NCBI GenBank assembly: GCA_016234405.1
Contig: JACRCC010000037.1
Span: forward strand, 1-58,718
DNA: 58,718 bases
Reading direction: 5' to 3'
From: Deltaproteobacteria bacterium
Lineage (GTDB): Bacteria; Desulfobacterota; GWC2-55-46
The position numbers and the translations under genes were made by a program. Positions 28,775 through 39,243 of the stretch are shown here, piece by piece. Below the pieces are notes generated by a model that was not told the origin of the DNA, did not search any database, and saw only the letters and a program-made list of their open reading frames with translations. How positions within the stretch are numbered: the first letter of the stretch is position 1; each line of letters starts with the position of its first letter.

Positions 28775-30115
28775 TCAGCCCACGAACTTTTTCACATAGC
28801 CGGCCGTGTTGACCGCGTTGAGCTTGCGAAAGAGCAAGTCGAACCTGTCTTCGAGTTCCTTGCCTATGGCGGCCTTTACCACATCGCCCATGTTCCACAT
28901 CTTTTCCTTGAACGGGCCGAAGCCCTTTTTTCTGGTCTTATAAATAAATTGTTCGTCCGTGTCCTCTTTTTTCCGCTCATCGGCGCACTTGGACATGAGG
29001 TGCGCGTATATCTCTTTTTTCAACGCAGCCGGGAAATACGCGCTGTCGTAGACCATGTTCTGAAAACCCGTTGCCAGATGCACCTCGGCCGCGCTCTTCT
29101 TGGGGAATAGATCGAATGCGTCGTCCGGCAGAGTCGAGGCCCCGTGCTGAACGACTCCGGCAAGGCCAAGAGTCCGTGATATCTTGGAGAGCTTCTCGAT
29201 GGTGTCGAAGTCAACCTTCACCTTTGCGATTGTTCCGTCAGGCAAAGGCACGCCGCCGTGCGTGGTGCCGGTCTGGATGCTAATCTTACTTATGCCTTTC
29301 ATACCCTTTGGCAGGCGCCCCTTGTACCCGTCCATAAAGGCGCGGAGTTCTTCTTCGGTCGAGTTCTTGCCGCCGACCTCGCCTATCTCTCCGCCGACCG
29401 AGATAGTCACGCCCTTTGGTTCGTTCAGCCGGATGTATTCGGTAAGTATGGCCGTTGTCTCGAAGTTCGGCCTCTGCTGCTCCGTGACATCCGGTTTCGA
29501 GAGGTCAACGACCGTGGATGAATCGATGTCAATGTTGTAGAATTCCGCCTCTATCGCCTCTTTTATGAGTTTCTTGACGTCGTTTATCTCGGCGTTTTTA
29601 TCCTGGCTGAACTTTTTTGCGTTAATCTGGAAGTGGTCTCCCTGCACGAAGACCGGGCCTTTATAGCCTTCTTTGACGGCAGCCGCGATGCAGCAGGCCG
29701 TATACTCCGCGGGCCTCTGGTCAGTGTAACCTATCTCGCTCTTGGCTATCTCGAAGAGGAATGCCCCCGCCTTATTTTTCCGCGCAGCCCTGAATATCGC
29801 GGCCGCCGTGTCGTACGTCAGCCCGCGTATGTTTATGGCCGGGACCGTGAACCCGCCGCACTCTCCCCTGCCGAAGGCCTCGTAAAGCCTCTGAATGGAG
29901 GCGGAGCGAACCCCGAGCCTTGCGCCAATCGTCTTTATCAAAAGCCTGCACTCGTCCCTGACTTCCTTTTCCCTGCTGAATACGGCGTTATAGATGAGTC
30001 CGTCAATGCACTTTGAGCGTATGAGTTTTTCGTCCGTAACCTCGACGGCCGCGCCGACGCCCTTTACCGCGCCCTTGAGGAAATCATAAACCGCGCCAGT
30101 AGACTTCAGTTCCAT
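28775..30115 (-). CDS. Class II fructose-bisphosphate aldolase (long form)
   Basis: FTVPAINIR, QGDHFQ, GEIGEVGG, GTTHGG and VQHGAS. Confidence 0.88.
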   Translation of the reverse strand: MELKSTGAVYDFLKGAVKGVGAAVEVTDEKLIRSKCIDGLIYNAVFSREKEVRDECRLLIKTIGARLGVRSASIQRLYEAFGRGECGGFTVPAINIRGLTYDTAAAIFRAARKNKAGAFLFEIAKSEIGYTDQRPAEYTACCIAAAVKEGYKGPVFVQGDHFQINAKKFSQDKNAEINDVKKLIKEAIEAEFYNIDIDSSTVVDLSKPDVTEQQRPNFETTAILTEYIRLNEPKGVTISVGGEIGEVGGKNSTEEELRAFMDGYKGRLPKGMKGISKISIQTGTTHGGVPLPDGTIAKVKVDFDTIEKLSKISRTLGLAGVVQHGASTLPDDAFDLFPKKSAAEVHLATGFQNMVYDSAYFPAALKKEIYAHLMSKCADERKKEDTDEQFIYKTRKKGFGPFKEKMWNMGDVVKAAIGKELEDRFDLLFRKLNAVNTAGYVKKFVG

Positions 30116-30153
30116 AAACTCCCTCCTTTAGAGCTTTTATTTTATAAATACGG

Positions 30154-30834
30154 CTATTCCTGCGCATAATAAATCCCGTATAGACGCGCCGGAGAGACCC
30201 CGATGAACCAAAGCAATAAAACGAGCCAATTCCTGAGCGTGGAGCGCGCAACGCCGTTCTTCTCCCATCGCCGGGCCGAGGTCTTGACGCGGTCTTTGAG
30301 CACGACGACGCGCCCAAACTTCCTTAATCTCTTAACACAATCAACGTCCTCCATCAAGGGGAGTTTATTGAAGCCGCCGCAGTTTAAAAACGCCTCTCTC
30401 CTTGCGAATATCGCCTGATCGCCGTAGATGAGGCCGAGCCTTGAGGCCCTGAAATTAACCGCAGCCTCGATGACCCTGAATATCCGTCTATCGGAAACTA
30501 TCGAAAGGGAAAACGCTCCGGCAACCACCCCGTCATCCGCCAACGCCGCTTTCACCATTCCTGCCCAACCCTCCGGCAAAATAGAGTCGGCGTGCAAAAA
30601 CAAAAGCGCGTCCCCCGAAGACGCATCGGCCCCGGCGTCCATCTGACGACCCCTACTGGGCCTGCCGGCCCGCGTGGATATTACCTTTGCCCCGCATCGC
30701 GCCGCTCTTTGCAAAATCCCGTCAAGGCTGCCGCCGTCAGCCACGATAACCTCAAAGGCGTCTACCGCGGATTTGAGCGTCTCTTCGATAACCCCGGCCT
30801 CGTTCAACGCCGGGACTATCACGGATACCTTCAC
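30154..30834 (-). CDS. GT2 glycosyltransferase, TIGR04283 family
   Basis: VSVIVPALNEA, ADGGSLD, FLHADS, YGDQAIF, LMEDV and TSARRW. Confidence 0.9.
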   Translation of the reverse strand: MKVSVIVPALNEAGVIEETLKSAVDAFEVIVADGGSLDGILQRAARCGAKVISTRAGRPSRGRQMDAGADASSGDALLFLHADSILPEGWAGMVKAALADDGVVAGAFSLSIVSDRRIFRVIEAAVNFRASRLGLIYGDQAIFARREAFLNCGGFNKLPLMEDVDCVKRLRKFGRVVVLKDRVKTSARRWEKNGVARSTLRNWLVLLLWFIGVSPARLYGIYYAQE

Positions 30835-32153
30835 TTTGCGCCCTCAACCGCCTTTTTCACCTCAAGCCACTGTTCCTTTTCCACCACCGGCAGCTCGATA
30901 GTCACAAGGGCGCCGCCTTCCGGCGGCGCGGAGAGTGAGATGCTCCCGCCGTGCTCGGTTATTATGCCGTGCGCCATGGAAAGCCCCAACCCTGCGCCCT
31001 TGCCAACTGCCTTTGTCGTAAAAAACGGGTCAAAGGCCTTGTTTATAACGTCCTGCGGTATGCCGGGGCCGTTGTCCTTGACGGATATCTCGATTTTGCG
31101 CTTCCGCGTTCGCGTGGTTATCTCGATCCTGCCCTCTTTTTTGGCTGAGACGATTGCGTCCTCGGCGTTGCTGATGAGGTTTATGAATATCTGCTGCATC
31201 TGTTGGGCGTCCAACATGGTCATGGGCAGCCCCAAATCGAGGTTGAGGCCAACCTCTACGTTGTTCGCGGACAATGAATATACCCTAAGCTCTAACGCCT
31301 TCCTTATTATGTCATTTATGTTCTGGTATTCCCTCTCCGCCCTTTTCGACCGGGCGAAGGAGAGAAGGTTACTTACTATCTTGGCGGTTCTCAGGGATTC
31401 GTTGTAAATCTTGCCGAGTTTTTCTCTCACCTCGGAGATTGTTTTATCCCCGGGCGCATCCATCAGTATCTGGGAAAACCCCATTATTCCCATAAGTGGG
31501 TTATTTATCTCATGCGCGATGCCGGCCACGAGTTTTCCGACGGTCGAGAGCCTCTCGGACTGGACGAGCTGGTCTCTCAAAAACTTTTCGCGCGTAATGT
31601 CGCGCGCTATAAACACGCAGGCAGGGACGTCATTTCCCGCAATCTTCAATTTGAAGGGAAAGGTCGTTACCCTGTAGACGCCGTCGAAGACCATGTCGTC
31701 CACGTCCGCCTCCATCGCGGAGCATGACTCAATGGTCTTTGCGACCATGCACTTGCCGGATGCGGCGTCCCGTCCATAGTATATCTCGGAGCAGCTTTTG
31801 CCGATAAGGTCCTGCGGCCTTACGTTCTTCTTTTCCGCCAATGCCAGGTTTACCTTTATCGTTCCGCTCTGCGCGTCGTGGATCGAGATGAGGTCGGCAA
31901 TCGAGTCGAAGGTGGTTTCCCACTCCTTTTTGCTCCTCTCAATCTCGCCCAACAGTTTTTTATTCTCGGCCTCTTTTTTCTCCGAGGCGTTGAGCAGATT
32001 CAAGGCGCAGACGAGAGCAACAACGAATACGGCCCCGGAAATCCATGCGCCGTTATAAAACGACCAGACTGCTCCTAAAACAAGAAGCACGCACACAAAG
32101 GCCGCGAGTTTGAAGGGGGTATTGCCCCCATGCCGTATGTTGCTTTTTTGCAT
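30831..32153 (-). CDS. Membrane PAS-domain sensor histidine kinase (orphan)
   Basis: 2 TM, PAS (EWETTFDSI), AGIAHEINNPL, DNGPGIP and FDPFFTTK...GLGL. Confidence 0.92.
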   Translation of the reverse strand: MQKSNIRHGGNTPFKLAAFVCVLLVLGAVWSFYNGAWISGAVFVVALVCALNLLNASEKKEAENKKLLGEIERSKKEWETTFDSIADLISIHDAQSGTIKVNLALAEKKNVRPQDLIGKSCSEIYYGRDAASGKCMVAKTIESCSAMEADVDDMVFDGVYRVTTFPFKLKIAGNDVPACVFIARDITREKFLRDQLVQSERLSTVGKLVAGIAHEINNPLMGIMGFSQILMDAPGDKTISEVREKLGKIYNESLRTAKIVSNLLSFARSKRAEREYQNINDIIRKALELRVYSLSANNVEVGLNLDLGLPMTMLDAQQMQQIFINLISNAEDAIVSAKKEGRIEITTRTRKRKIEISVKDNGPGIPQDVINKAFDPFFTTKAVGKGAGLGLSMAHGIITEHGGSISLSAPPEGGALVTIELPVVEKEQWLEVKKAVEGAK

Positions 32154-32170
32154 AAAAAGGCCGCCCTGCG

Positions 32171-33169
32171 TTATTCGCCTTTTAGTCCCCGCGTCATGAG
32201 TTCCATGACAGCGGCCTTAGGGGATTTGCCCTCGGCGATAACCTTGAAGACCTCGGCGATTATGGGCATCTCAACGCCGAGGCTATTAGCAAGCCCCATT
32301 GCGGCCTTGGAAGTCCTGACGCCTTCGGCGACCATCTTCATGCCGGAGGTTATTTCCTTTATGGTCTTACCCCTGCCGACCGCGACGCCGGTTGAGTAGT
32401 TTCTGCTCAAGGACGCGGTGCAGGTCAAGACCAAATCCCCGAGGCCTGAGAGTCCCGCGAAGGTCTCCGGCCGCGCCCCGAGCGCGCAACCGAGCCTCGA
32501 CATCTCCGCAAGCCCCCTTGTGATGAGCGCTGCCCTTGCGTTTAACCCAAGCTCCAAGCCGTCCGATATGCCCGCGGCTATGGCAATGACGTTTTTAAAC
32601 GCGCCGCCAAGCTCGACCCCGACCGCGTCTGAGTTCGTATATACGCGGAAATACGGCGTTGAAAACGCCTCCTGCACGGCCTTGGCCGCAGTTGAAGAAG
32701 CGGATGCCGCGCATATTGCCGCCGGCAGCCTCCTCACGACCTCTTTTGCGAAGGACGGACCTGACAATACCGCTATACCGGAGTAAAGGACTTCTTTGAG
32801 CGCGTCCTTCAACACCGCGGACGGCGTTAAAAACGTCTCCTCCTCGATGCCCTTTGTCGCGCTCACGATTACTGCGTCCTTAGCGATAAACGCGCGCGCC
32901 GTGTCCCAAACATGACGCAGCCCGTGGGATGGAATTGCGCTGACCACAAGACCCGCGCCGCCCAGCGCCTCTTCGAGGAGGAAGGTCGTCCGCAGGTCTT
33001 TGCAGAGTTTTACCCCCGGCAGGTAGACGCTGTTTTCGCGGTCTTTCTCCATTGAAGCCGCAAGGCCGCTGTCGCGCGCCCAGAGCGTGGTTTCAAAACC
33101 CTTTGAGGCAAGGAGGTCGGCAAGTGTAGTCCCCCAGCTTCCCGCGCCCAAGACTGTATATTTTTTCAT
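32171..33169 (-). CDS. gpsA: NAD(P)H-dependent glycerol-3-phosphate dehydrogenase
   Basis: GAGSWGT, SGPSFAKEV, KNVIAIAAG and GLGDLVLTC...SRN. Confidence 0.96.
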   Translation of the reverse strand: MKKYTVLGAGSWGTTLADLLASKGFETTLWARDSGLAASMEKDRENSVYLPGVKLCKDLRTTFLLEEALGGAGLVVSAIPSHGLRHVWDTARAFIAKDAVIVSATKGIEEETFLTPSAVLKDALKEVLYSGIAVLSGPSFAKEVVRRLPAAICAASASSTAAKAVQEAFSTPYFRVYTNSDAVGVELGGAFKNVIAIAAGISDGLELGLNARAALITRGLAEMSRLGCALGARPETFAGLSGLGDLVLTCTASLSRNYSTGVAVGRGKTIKEITSGMKMVAEGVRTSKAAMGLANSLGVEMPIIAEVFKVIAEGKSPKAAVMELMTRGLKGE

Positions 33170-33184
33170 TGAGTCCTCGTGCCC

Positions 33185-33278
33185 GCAGCTCCGGGCTATG
33201 ATGAACGCTTCCTTTTCCCTCTCCCCCCTCGCGGGGGAGGGCAGCCCTGACGGCATCAGGCCTGAAGGCCTGAGCTAC
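33185..33278. repeat. Composite palindromic element, sibling of 4523-4711
   Basis: Shares TATGATGAACGCTTCCTT...CCTCGCGGGGGAGGGCAG and CCCTGA...TCAG...CTGAGCTAC. Confidence 0.75.
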
Positions 33279-33281
33279 AGG

Positions 33282-34187
33282 CTATGGCGGATTTACCCCC
33301 GGCGGCAGCGTCTTAGGGTCATGGCCGTCTTTGAGCCGCGCCTCTATCCACTCGCGCAGGGCCGTAACCGCGGCCTTGTTGTGATACTGCGGCTCTATCT
33401 CACGGAGGAGCACGAGCGCCTCTCCCTGACGCCCGGTCTCGTTTAGTACCTTGGCCTTATAGAACTCGGCCTCGAGCACAAAGGGGTCTTTCGGATATTT
33501 GGATATAAGTTTATCATACCATTCCATTGCCTCGGATGTCTTGCCCTCCACGTAGCTCATGCCGCCCATGTTGAAATATATCTGAGGTATCAGGACGTGG
33601 CTGCCCGTGGTCCTGAGAAGCTCCGAGAACTCTACCCTTGCCTGCGCCAAGTCGTTCATCTTCATATATTCGGAGGCAACCGCGAAGTGAAACCTCTGTG
33701 CATCGCCGGGCCTCTCGACCATGAGCCTCTGGTAATGCGCTATGGCCTTCCTGTGGTCTCCTAAGTCCGAGTAGATCTGCGCGAGGTCTTCCCTCGCGTC
33801 CACGGTTTCGGCGCTTCCCGGATACATGTAATAGAGGGTGGCGTAGGCGTCAAGCGCCCTTTTACGCTCGCCGAGGTATTTGTTGTAGATGTAGGCTATC
33901 TTGTATTGGCTCTTGGGGGCGTAGGAACTCTCAGGGTGCTTGTTTACGACGTAGGAGTACTGCAAGAGCGCCTCCTCGAAGCTCCCGGTCCCGAGGGATT
34001 TTTCGGCCTTCTCGAATACGTGCTCCGCCGGGTCTGTCGAGCATCCCGCAAAAAAGACGACGAGCGCGATGAGGAGATTAATCAGGGATGCGCAATGGGG
34101 TGTAGGACGTAGGAGGTGGGTAGTGGTAAAAGATTTTACCACGCGCCGCGTCCTACTCCCCGCACCCCATTCTTCCATACTCCCCAT
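33282..34187 (-). CDS. TPR-repeat lipoprotein (YfiO/CpoB-like); start uncertain
   Basis: Hydrophobic stretch with FAGC lipobox, then TPR repeats (KHPESSYAPKSQYKIA, KYPKDP). Confidence 0.8.
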   Translation of the reverse strand: MGSMEEWGAGSRTRRVVKSFTTTHLLRPTPHCASLINLLIALVVFFAGCSTDPAEHVFEKAEKSLGTGSFEEALLQYSYVVNKHPESSYAPKSQYKIAYIYNKYLGERKRALDAYATLYYMYPGSAETVDAREDLAQIYSDLGDHRKAIAHYQRLMVERPGDAQRFHFAVASEYMKMNDLAQARVEFSELLRTTGSHVLIPQIYFNMGGMSYVEGKTSEAMEWYDKLISKYPKDPFVLEAEFYKAKVLNETGRQGEALVLLREIEPQYHNKAAVTALREWIEARLKDGHDPKTLPPGVNPP

Positions 34188-34220
34188 TTACCACCTCCCG
34201 CGTCCTACTCCCCACATCCA
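34095..34220. repeat. G-rich heptamer palindromic element
   Basis: GTAGGAC/GTAGGAG units, GTGGTAAAAGATTTTACCAC core and duplicated CGTCCTACTCCCC. Confidence 0.7.
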
Positions 34221-34221
34221 A

Positions 34222-36687
34222 TTACTCATCTTCCACTATCTCAGCGTCTTCAATAACCTCCGCGTCGTCATCCTTTTCCGCGATGGGCGCTATCCCCGTG
34301 ATATGCTCGTCCTTTTCTATATCCATGAGCTTCACGCCCTGAGTGTTCCTGCCGATGACGGCCACGTCTTTCATGGCTATCCTTATTATTTTACCCGTGC
34401 TCGTGGATATCATAAGCTCATCCGTTCCAATCACCTTGACGATGCCCGTGACATGCCCGTTCTTATCGGTTATCTTTATGTTGATTATCCCGCTGCCGCC
34501 CCTGCCCTGAACCTTGTACTCCGAGAACTCCGTCCTCTTGCCGTAACCGCGCTCGGTCACGGTCAATACGGTAGCGTTGCCCTCGACCATCTCCATGGCG
34601 ACCACGCGGTCGCCCTTCCCGAGCTTCATCGCCTTCACGCCCCTTGCCTGACGGCCCATCTCCCTCACGTCTTCCTCGTTGAAACGTATGGCCTGACCGT
34701 CTCGCGTGCCTATGAAAAGCTCGTTCTTGCCGTCGGTAAGCCGTGCCGATATGAGGCTGTCTTTTTCATCGAGGCTTATGGCGATAAGCCCGCCGGAGCG
34801 GATGTTGGCAAACGACATGAGGTCTGATTTTTTTATCACGCCCTGTGCAGTGGCCATTACGATGTATTTGCCCTCGACGAACTCCCTGACGGGCAGAAAG
34901 GCCGTTATCTTTTCGCCCGCCGCGACGTTCAGGATGTTGATTATGGCCTTGCCCTTGGCTGCCCTCCCGGCCTGCGGGATGTCGTAGACCTTGAGGCAAT
35001 AGACCTTTCCCTTGTCCGTGAAAAAGAGGATGTGGCTGTGCGTCGAGGCGATGAAGAGGTCCGAGACAAAGTCCTCTTCTTTGGTGGTCATGCCCATCTT
35101 CCCCTTTCCGCCGCGCCTTTGTATGCGGAAGAGCGACGTGGGATTTCTCTTTATGTAGCCGCCCATGGTTATCGTAACCGCCATGTCCTCTTCGGCGATG
35201 ATGTCCTCTATCGTTATGTCGCCGGTCTCCTCGACTATCTCGGTTCTCCTCTCGTCCCCGTACCGCTCCTTTATCTCTTTGAGTTCTCCCACGATGATAT
35301 CCATGAGGAGCCTTTCGCTTCCGAGTATCTCCACGAGGGCCTTTATGAGCCTCATCACCTCTTTGTATTCCTCTATTATCTTATCCCTCTCGAGGGCCGT
35401 GAGCCTCTGGAGCTTCATGTCCAATATGGCCTGAGCCTGTATGTCGGAGAGCTTGAAGCCCTTCATCAGTCCGGCCTTGGCCTCGACGGGCCCCTTAGAG
35501 GCCCGGATGAGCTTTATCACCGCGTCGAGGTGGTCTATGGCTATCTTCAACCCTTCGAGTATATGGGCGCGTTCGCGCGCCTTTTTAAGCTCGAAGACCG
35601 TCCTCCTCGTCACGACCTCTTTTCTGAACCGCACGAACTCCTTGAGGAGAGAGATTATCGGGAGGACACGGGGCATACCGTCCACGATGGCGAGATTTAT
35701 TATGCCGAACGAGGTCTTCATCTGCGTGTGCAGATAGAGGTTATTCAGTATCACCTCCGCCACCTCGTCCCTCTTGAGGTCCACGACTATCCTCATGCCC
35801 TCGCGGGACGACTCGTCGCGCACGTCGGAAATGCCTTCCACCTTTTTGTCCCTCACAAGGTCCGCGATGCTCTCGATGAGCTTTGCCTTGTTGACCATGT
35901 AGGGTATCTCGGTTACGACTATGGCCTGCCTGTTAGTCCTCGGGTTTTTCTCTATGTTCGCCCGCGCGCGCAGCTGGAGCACGCCTCTGCCCGTTTCATA
36001 CGCGCTCTTGATGCCCTTTCTTCCGTGTATGTAGCCGGCGGTCGGAAAATCCGGCCCTGGCACGGCCTTCATTATCTCTTTAACGCTTGCGTCGGGATTT
36101 TTTATGATGAGCAAAAGCGCGGCGATTATCTCGGAGATGTTGTGCGGCGGCATGTTCGTGGCCATGCCGACCGCGATGCCCGTGGAGCCGTTTACCAAAA
36201 GGTTGGGGAACCCGGCGGGAAGCACCGTGGGCTCGTGCGAATTGCCGTCGTAGTTCGGCCTGAAATCCACCGTCTCTTTTGCGATGTCGCCCAAGAGTTC
36301 GCTCGTAAGGCGCGCCATCCTCACTTCGGTGTAACGCATGGCAGCCGGGGGGTCTCCGTCAATGGAGCCGAAGTTGCCCTGACCGTCTATGAGCGGGTAT
36401 CTGAGGGAAAAATCCTGCACCATCCGCGTTATGGCGTCGTATATGGCCGCGTCGCCGTGGGGGTGGTATTTACCCATGACGTCTCCGACCACGCGGGCCG
36501 ACTTCTTATAAGACTTGTTCCACTCAAGCCCCATCTCGTGCATGCCGAAGAGTATCCTCCTGTGCACGGGCTTCAGGCCGTCCCTTACGTCGGGCAAGGC
36601 CCTGCCGACTATGACGGACATCGCATAGTCGAGATACGACTTTTTCATCTGGTCTTCTATATAGACCGGTATCTGCTCTTGAGCCAT
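34222..36687 (-). CDS. gyrA: DNA gyrase subunit A
   Basis: [15 protein letters not shown], GyrA-box QRRGGKG and acidic tail. Confidence 0.98.
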   Translation of the reverse strand: MAQEQIPVYIEDQMKKSYLDYAMSVIVGRALPDVRDGLKPVHRRILFGMHEMGLEWNKSYKKSARVVGDVMGKYHPHGDAAIYDAITRMVQDFSLRYPLIDGQGNFGSIDGDPPAAMRYTEVRMARLTSELLGDIAKETVDFRPNYDGNSHEPTVLPAGFPNLLVNGSTGIAVGMATNMPPHNISEIIAALLLIIKNPDASVKEIMKAVPGPDFPTAGYIHGRKGIKSAYETGRGVLQLRARANIEKNPRTNRQAIVVTEIPYMVNKAKLIESIADLVRDKKVEGISDVRDESSREGMRIVVDLKRDEVAEVILNNLYLHTQMKTSFGIINLAIVDGMPRVLPIISLLKEFVRFRKEVVTRRTVFELKKARERAHILEGLKIAIDHLDAVIKLIRASKGPVEAKAGLMKGFKLSDIQAQAILDMKLQRLTALERDKIIEEYKEVMRLIKALVEILGSERLLMDIIVGELKEIKERYGDERRTEIVEETGDITIEDIIAEEDMAVTITMGGYIKRNPTSLFRIQRRGGKGKMGMTTKEEDFVSDLFIASTHSHILFFTDKGKVYCLKVYDIPQAGRAAKGKAIINILNVAAGEKITAFLPVREFVEGKYIVMATAQGVIKKSDLMSFANIRSGGLIAISLDEKDSLISARLTDGKNELFIGTRDGQAIRFNEEDVREMGRQARGVKAMKLGKGDRVVAMEMVEGNATVLTVTERGYGKRTEFSEYKVQGRGGSGIINIKITDKNGHVTGIVKVIGTDELMISTSTGKIIRIAMKDVAVIGRNTQGVKLMDIEKDEHITGIAPIAEKDDDAEVIEDAEIVEDE

Positions 36688-36755
36688 CTCTATCCTCTTA
36701 AAAAAGTCCTTTTATAGTCCCCCAACGCATGGGAGGCGCCGCGCGAAATACGAGT

Positions 36756-36784
36756 ATGATATGTTTGTTTTCGCGGACTGTCAA
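36756..36784 (-). promoter_or_regulatory. Probable gyrA promoter
   Basis: Minus strand TTGACA-17 bp-TATCAT. Confidence 0.6.
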
Positions 36785-36867
36785 GCGCATACCCTTGGGT
36801 AGGGTGACAAAACTCGAAGGGGTGTAGTGTTGATTTTTGAACGGCCTCAAGATAACTGCAAAACTAA

Positions 36868-36991
36868 GGAACCTCTGATTTATTCTACGATGGTGTCATT
36901 CAGAGCGAGGCGAAGAATGGCATGAAAAATATAAGCAGATCATTCGCTTCGCTCATGATGACAGAAAGAAAGTGAATTAATCAGAGCTTCC
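36868..36991. mobile_element. MITE with IS5-like terminal inverted repeats and CTAA target duplication
   Basis: CTAA|GGAACCTCTGATTTATTC ... GAATTAATCAGAGCTTCC|CTAA. Internal GTCAT..GAGCGA.GCGAA palindrome. Confidence 0.75.
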
Positions 36992-37056
36992 CTAAGACGC
37001 GGGGACGGACGAAATTTTTGGCAACGCCATCAATTATTATTTTTGAAATTTTCATA

Positions 37057-38175
37057 TCAATTGGCTTGTTTCAAAAATTCATACTCCACCTTCGAAAATA
37101 AACTACTTGGCAAATCACTGAGCCGTTTCTGCACAACCTTAATCGCCGGTTCCGATTTATCAATTCCAATCCAATTCCGATTGAGCGATTGCGCCGCGAC
37201 GAGCGTTGTGCCAGAACCGCAAAAACAATCAAGCACCAATCCACTCTCGTTTGATGAGGCTTCCACGATAAATTTCAACAAATCCAAACTTTTCTCCGTT
37301 GGATATTGTGGATATTGAGGGTCTTTAAATTCCCAAATGTCCTGCATTTTCTTTCCGTCTTTTTCATCAAGAAAGATTTTTTTACGCGGCACTCCGTTTG
37401 ACGACCATTCAATAAGTCCCTGCTTGTCCAACTCCTCCAAAACAACCGGCTCGCTTCGCCAATGACGACCCTTAGGCGGCATCATGCCTTTCCACTTCTT
37501 TCCGGTATTGCCGTTTGAAGTTTCCCCGGGCGCATGAAGCGGAATTGTTGTATATCGCCGCCCATCTTTATCAATTTTCTTAAACAAACGATCTTCGTCC
37601 TCTTCCGAAAAGGGAAGATGAGGGTCATTCCAAATTGGTGTTTCGGATTTAGAGTAAAAAAGTATTAAGTCCTTGATATTGCCGTACGCCTTGCGATGAA
37701 AATTTTTAGGGTTGCACTTGATACGAGTAATGTCGTTTCGGAACATCTCGCGTCCAAAAACTTCATCCATGATGAGCTTCACATAATGTCCGATTTTATA
37801 ATCAATATGGAGATAAATTGAGCCACGCTCCGATAGAAGTTCGCGCAAAAAAATCAAGCGTTCGCGCAAAAATTCTAAGAAATCAGCCCCAACCAAAATG
37901 TCGCTGTATGCTATAGCGTCACCATTACTGCTGCTGATTGTATTTGCGCGATCCTCGCTGATTTTGAAATGTCCGTTTGTCGCAAACGGAGGATCAATAT
38001 AAATCAAATCAACTTTGCCTGAATAGTCATCGAGGAGCATTTTAAGGGCAGAAAGATTATCAGCGTGTATGAGCTTATTTTTCGCTCCCTTGCCGTAGAT
38101 TGTATTTAGTTCTACTCTCGAAGTTTTTTCGAGAATATCTTTCTTGTGTTTTTTATTGTCATAAGTGATAAACAT
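37057..38175 (-). CDS. Site-specific adenine DNA methyltransferase, beta class (M.Tsp45I-like)
   Basis: YIDPPF, YPTEK and DCFCGSGTT in beta order. Adjacent to a Tsp45I-family nuclease gene. Confidence 0.9.
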   Translation of the reverse strand: MFITYDNKKHKKDILEKTSRVELNTIYGKGAKNKLIHADNLSALKMLLDDYSGKVDLIYIDPPFATNGHFKISEDRANTISSSNGDAIAYSDILVGADFLEFLRERLIFLRELLSERGSIYLHIDYKIGHYVKLIMDEVFGREMFRNDITRIKCNPKNFHRKAYGNIKDLILFYSKSETPIWNDPHLPFSEEDEDRLFKKIDKDGRRYTTIPLHAPGETSNGNTGKKWKGMMPPKGRHWRSEPVVLEELDKQGLIEWSSNGVPRKKIFLDEKDGKKMQDIWEFKDPQYPQYPTEKSLDLLKFIVEASSNESGLVLDCFCGSGTTLVAAQSLNRNWIGIDKSEPAIKVVQKRLSDLPSSLFSKVEYEFLKQAN

Positions 38176-38180
38176 AACAT

Positions 38181-38974
38181 TTATATTTGATAGAGAAATT
38201 CGCGCAAAACAAGCGCACTCATTATGTTTTCTTTTTTGAGCTTGCCTGTAATGTCCTTATACATTTTATTCTTACCCTCAATATAAAGAACGCCGTCAAG
38301 AATTGCGACAGTTATAGCTTCCACGACTTTTGCTTTTACTGTCGCAATAGCATCGTTGAATTGTGCGTTTTGATGTCCACCAAAATCGGTTAGAAATTTT
38401 GCCTCACCGATAACATACTTTCCATTGAAGCGGCCAATGAAGCCAATCCCTTATTGTGTTTATAGTTCAGATGTTCGCGGGCAAAAGCCATCATTTCCGC
38501 ATCGCTGCCATCCAGGATGACGTTTCCTTTTGCTTTCAAAAATTCATCGAGTTTTACCGGCTGAATTCCTAACGCTTTCTTGTTGAGCCAGCGTTTGAAA
38601 AGCGGCCCGATTTGCCGATTTGTTTCCTTTGGTTCAGAACAACGAGCAAAAATCGTATCAAGCCCCATTTCATACAAGCGTCCAGAAAGCCGGGCAGAGG
38701 TTGCTGGGTTTCGCTCTAACGCGGTTTTATCTCGTTTTAGGTAAGCAACGTAGGAATCTTTAATCGGAAATAAATCCAATTTCAAAAGATTTTTCATAAG
38801 CGTAACATTGTCCCGCTTTTCAAACGCCTTTTCTACGCCCTTCCAAAGCTCGCCGTTGGGTTCGCGTATTCCTTCGGGAATTGTTGGGTATACTTGAAAT
38901 AAATCGTCCAAGTAGCTCCGCTGACTTGCGTATTCAATGCTTAATTGTGTCCAAGAATTTATGTTTTTTTTCAT
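38181..38974 (-). pseudogene. Tsp45I-family type II restriction endonuclease, frameshifted
   Basis: N-part WTQLSIEYASQRSYLDDLFQVYP...PKETNRQIGP. After a 1-nt loss near 38443 another frame continues FIGRFNGKYVIGEAKFLTDFGGHQNAQFNDA...FLYQI*. Confidence 0.85.
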
Positions 38975-39243
38975 AATTAATTTTCCCACATTCAATGTCG
39001 AAGCGCAACGCCACGAGAAAAGCAGCCTCTCTGCTCTTTATATCACGGAAACTGTCAGCCTGTCAAAATCATAGGCCGGGGTATACAATGTTATAGTTAA
39101 GTAAAAACTACTAAGTCAAAAGAACGCTTCTCTCCGGCGCGGGAGCGGTATTTGCGTGTTAACCCCGACAAATACCTATTGGACTTTTTACGGCTTTTTT
39201 GGTAATCTTCCTTTCTCTTCCTGATTACATATAAGGGGGCAGT

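Noticed and set aside
35032-36717. 561-aa ORF antisense to gyrA (similar long shadow ORFs lie opposite the MCP, cheA, smc, lon and ppdK)
   Set aside because: These are shadow frames expected from GC-rich codon bias. They have no recognisable motifs.
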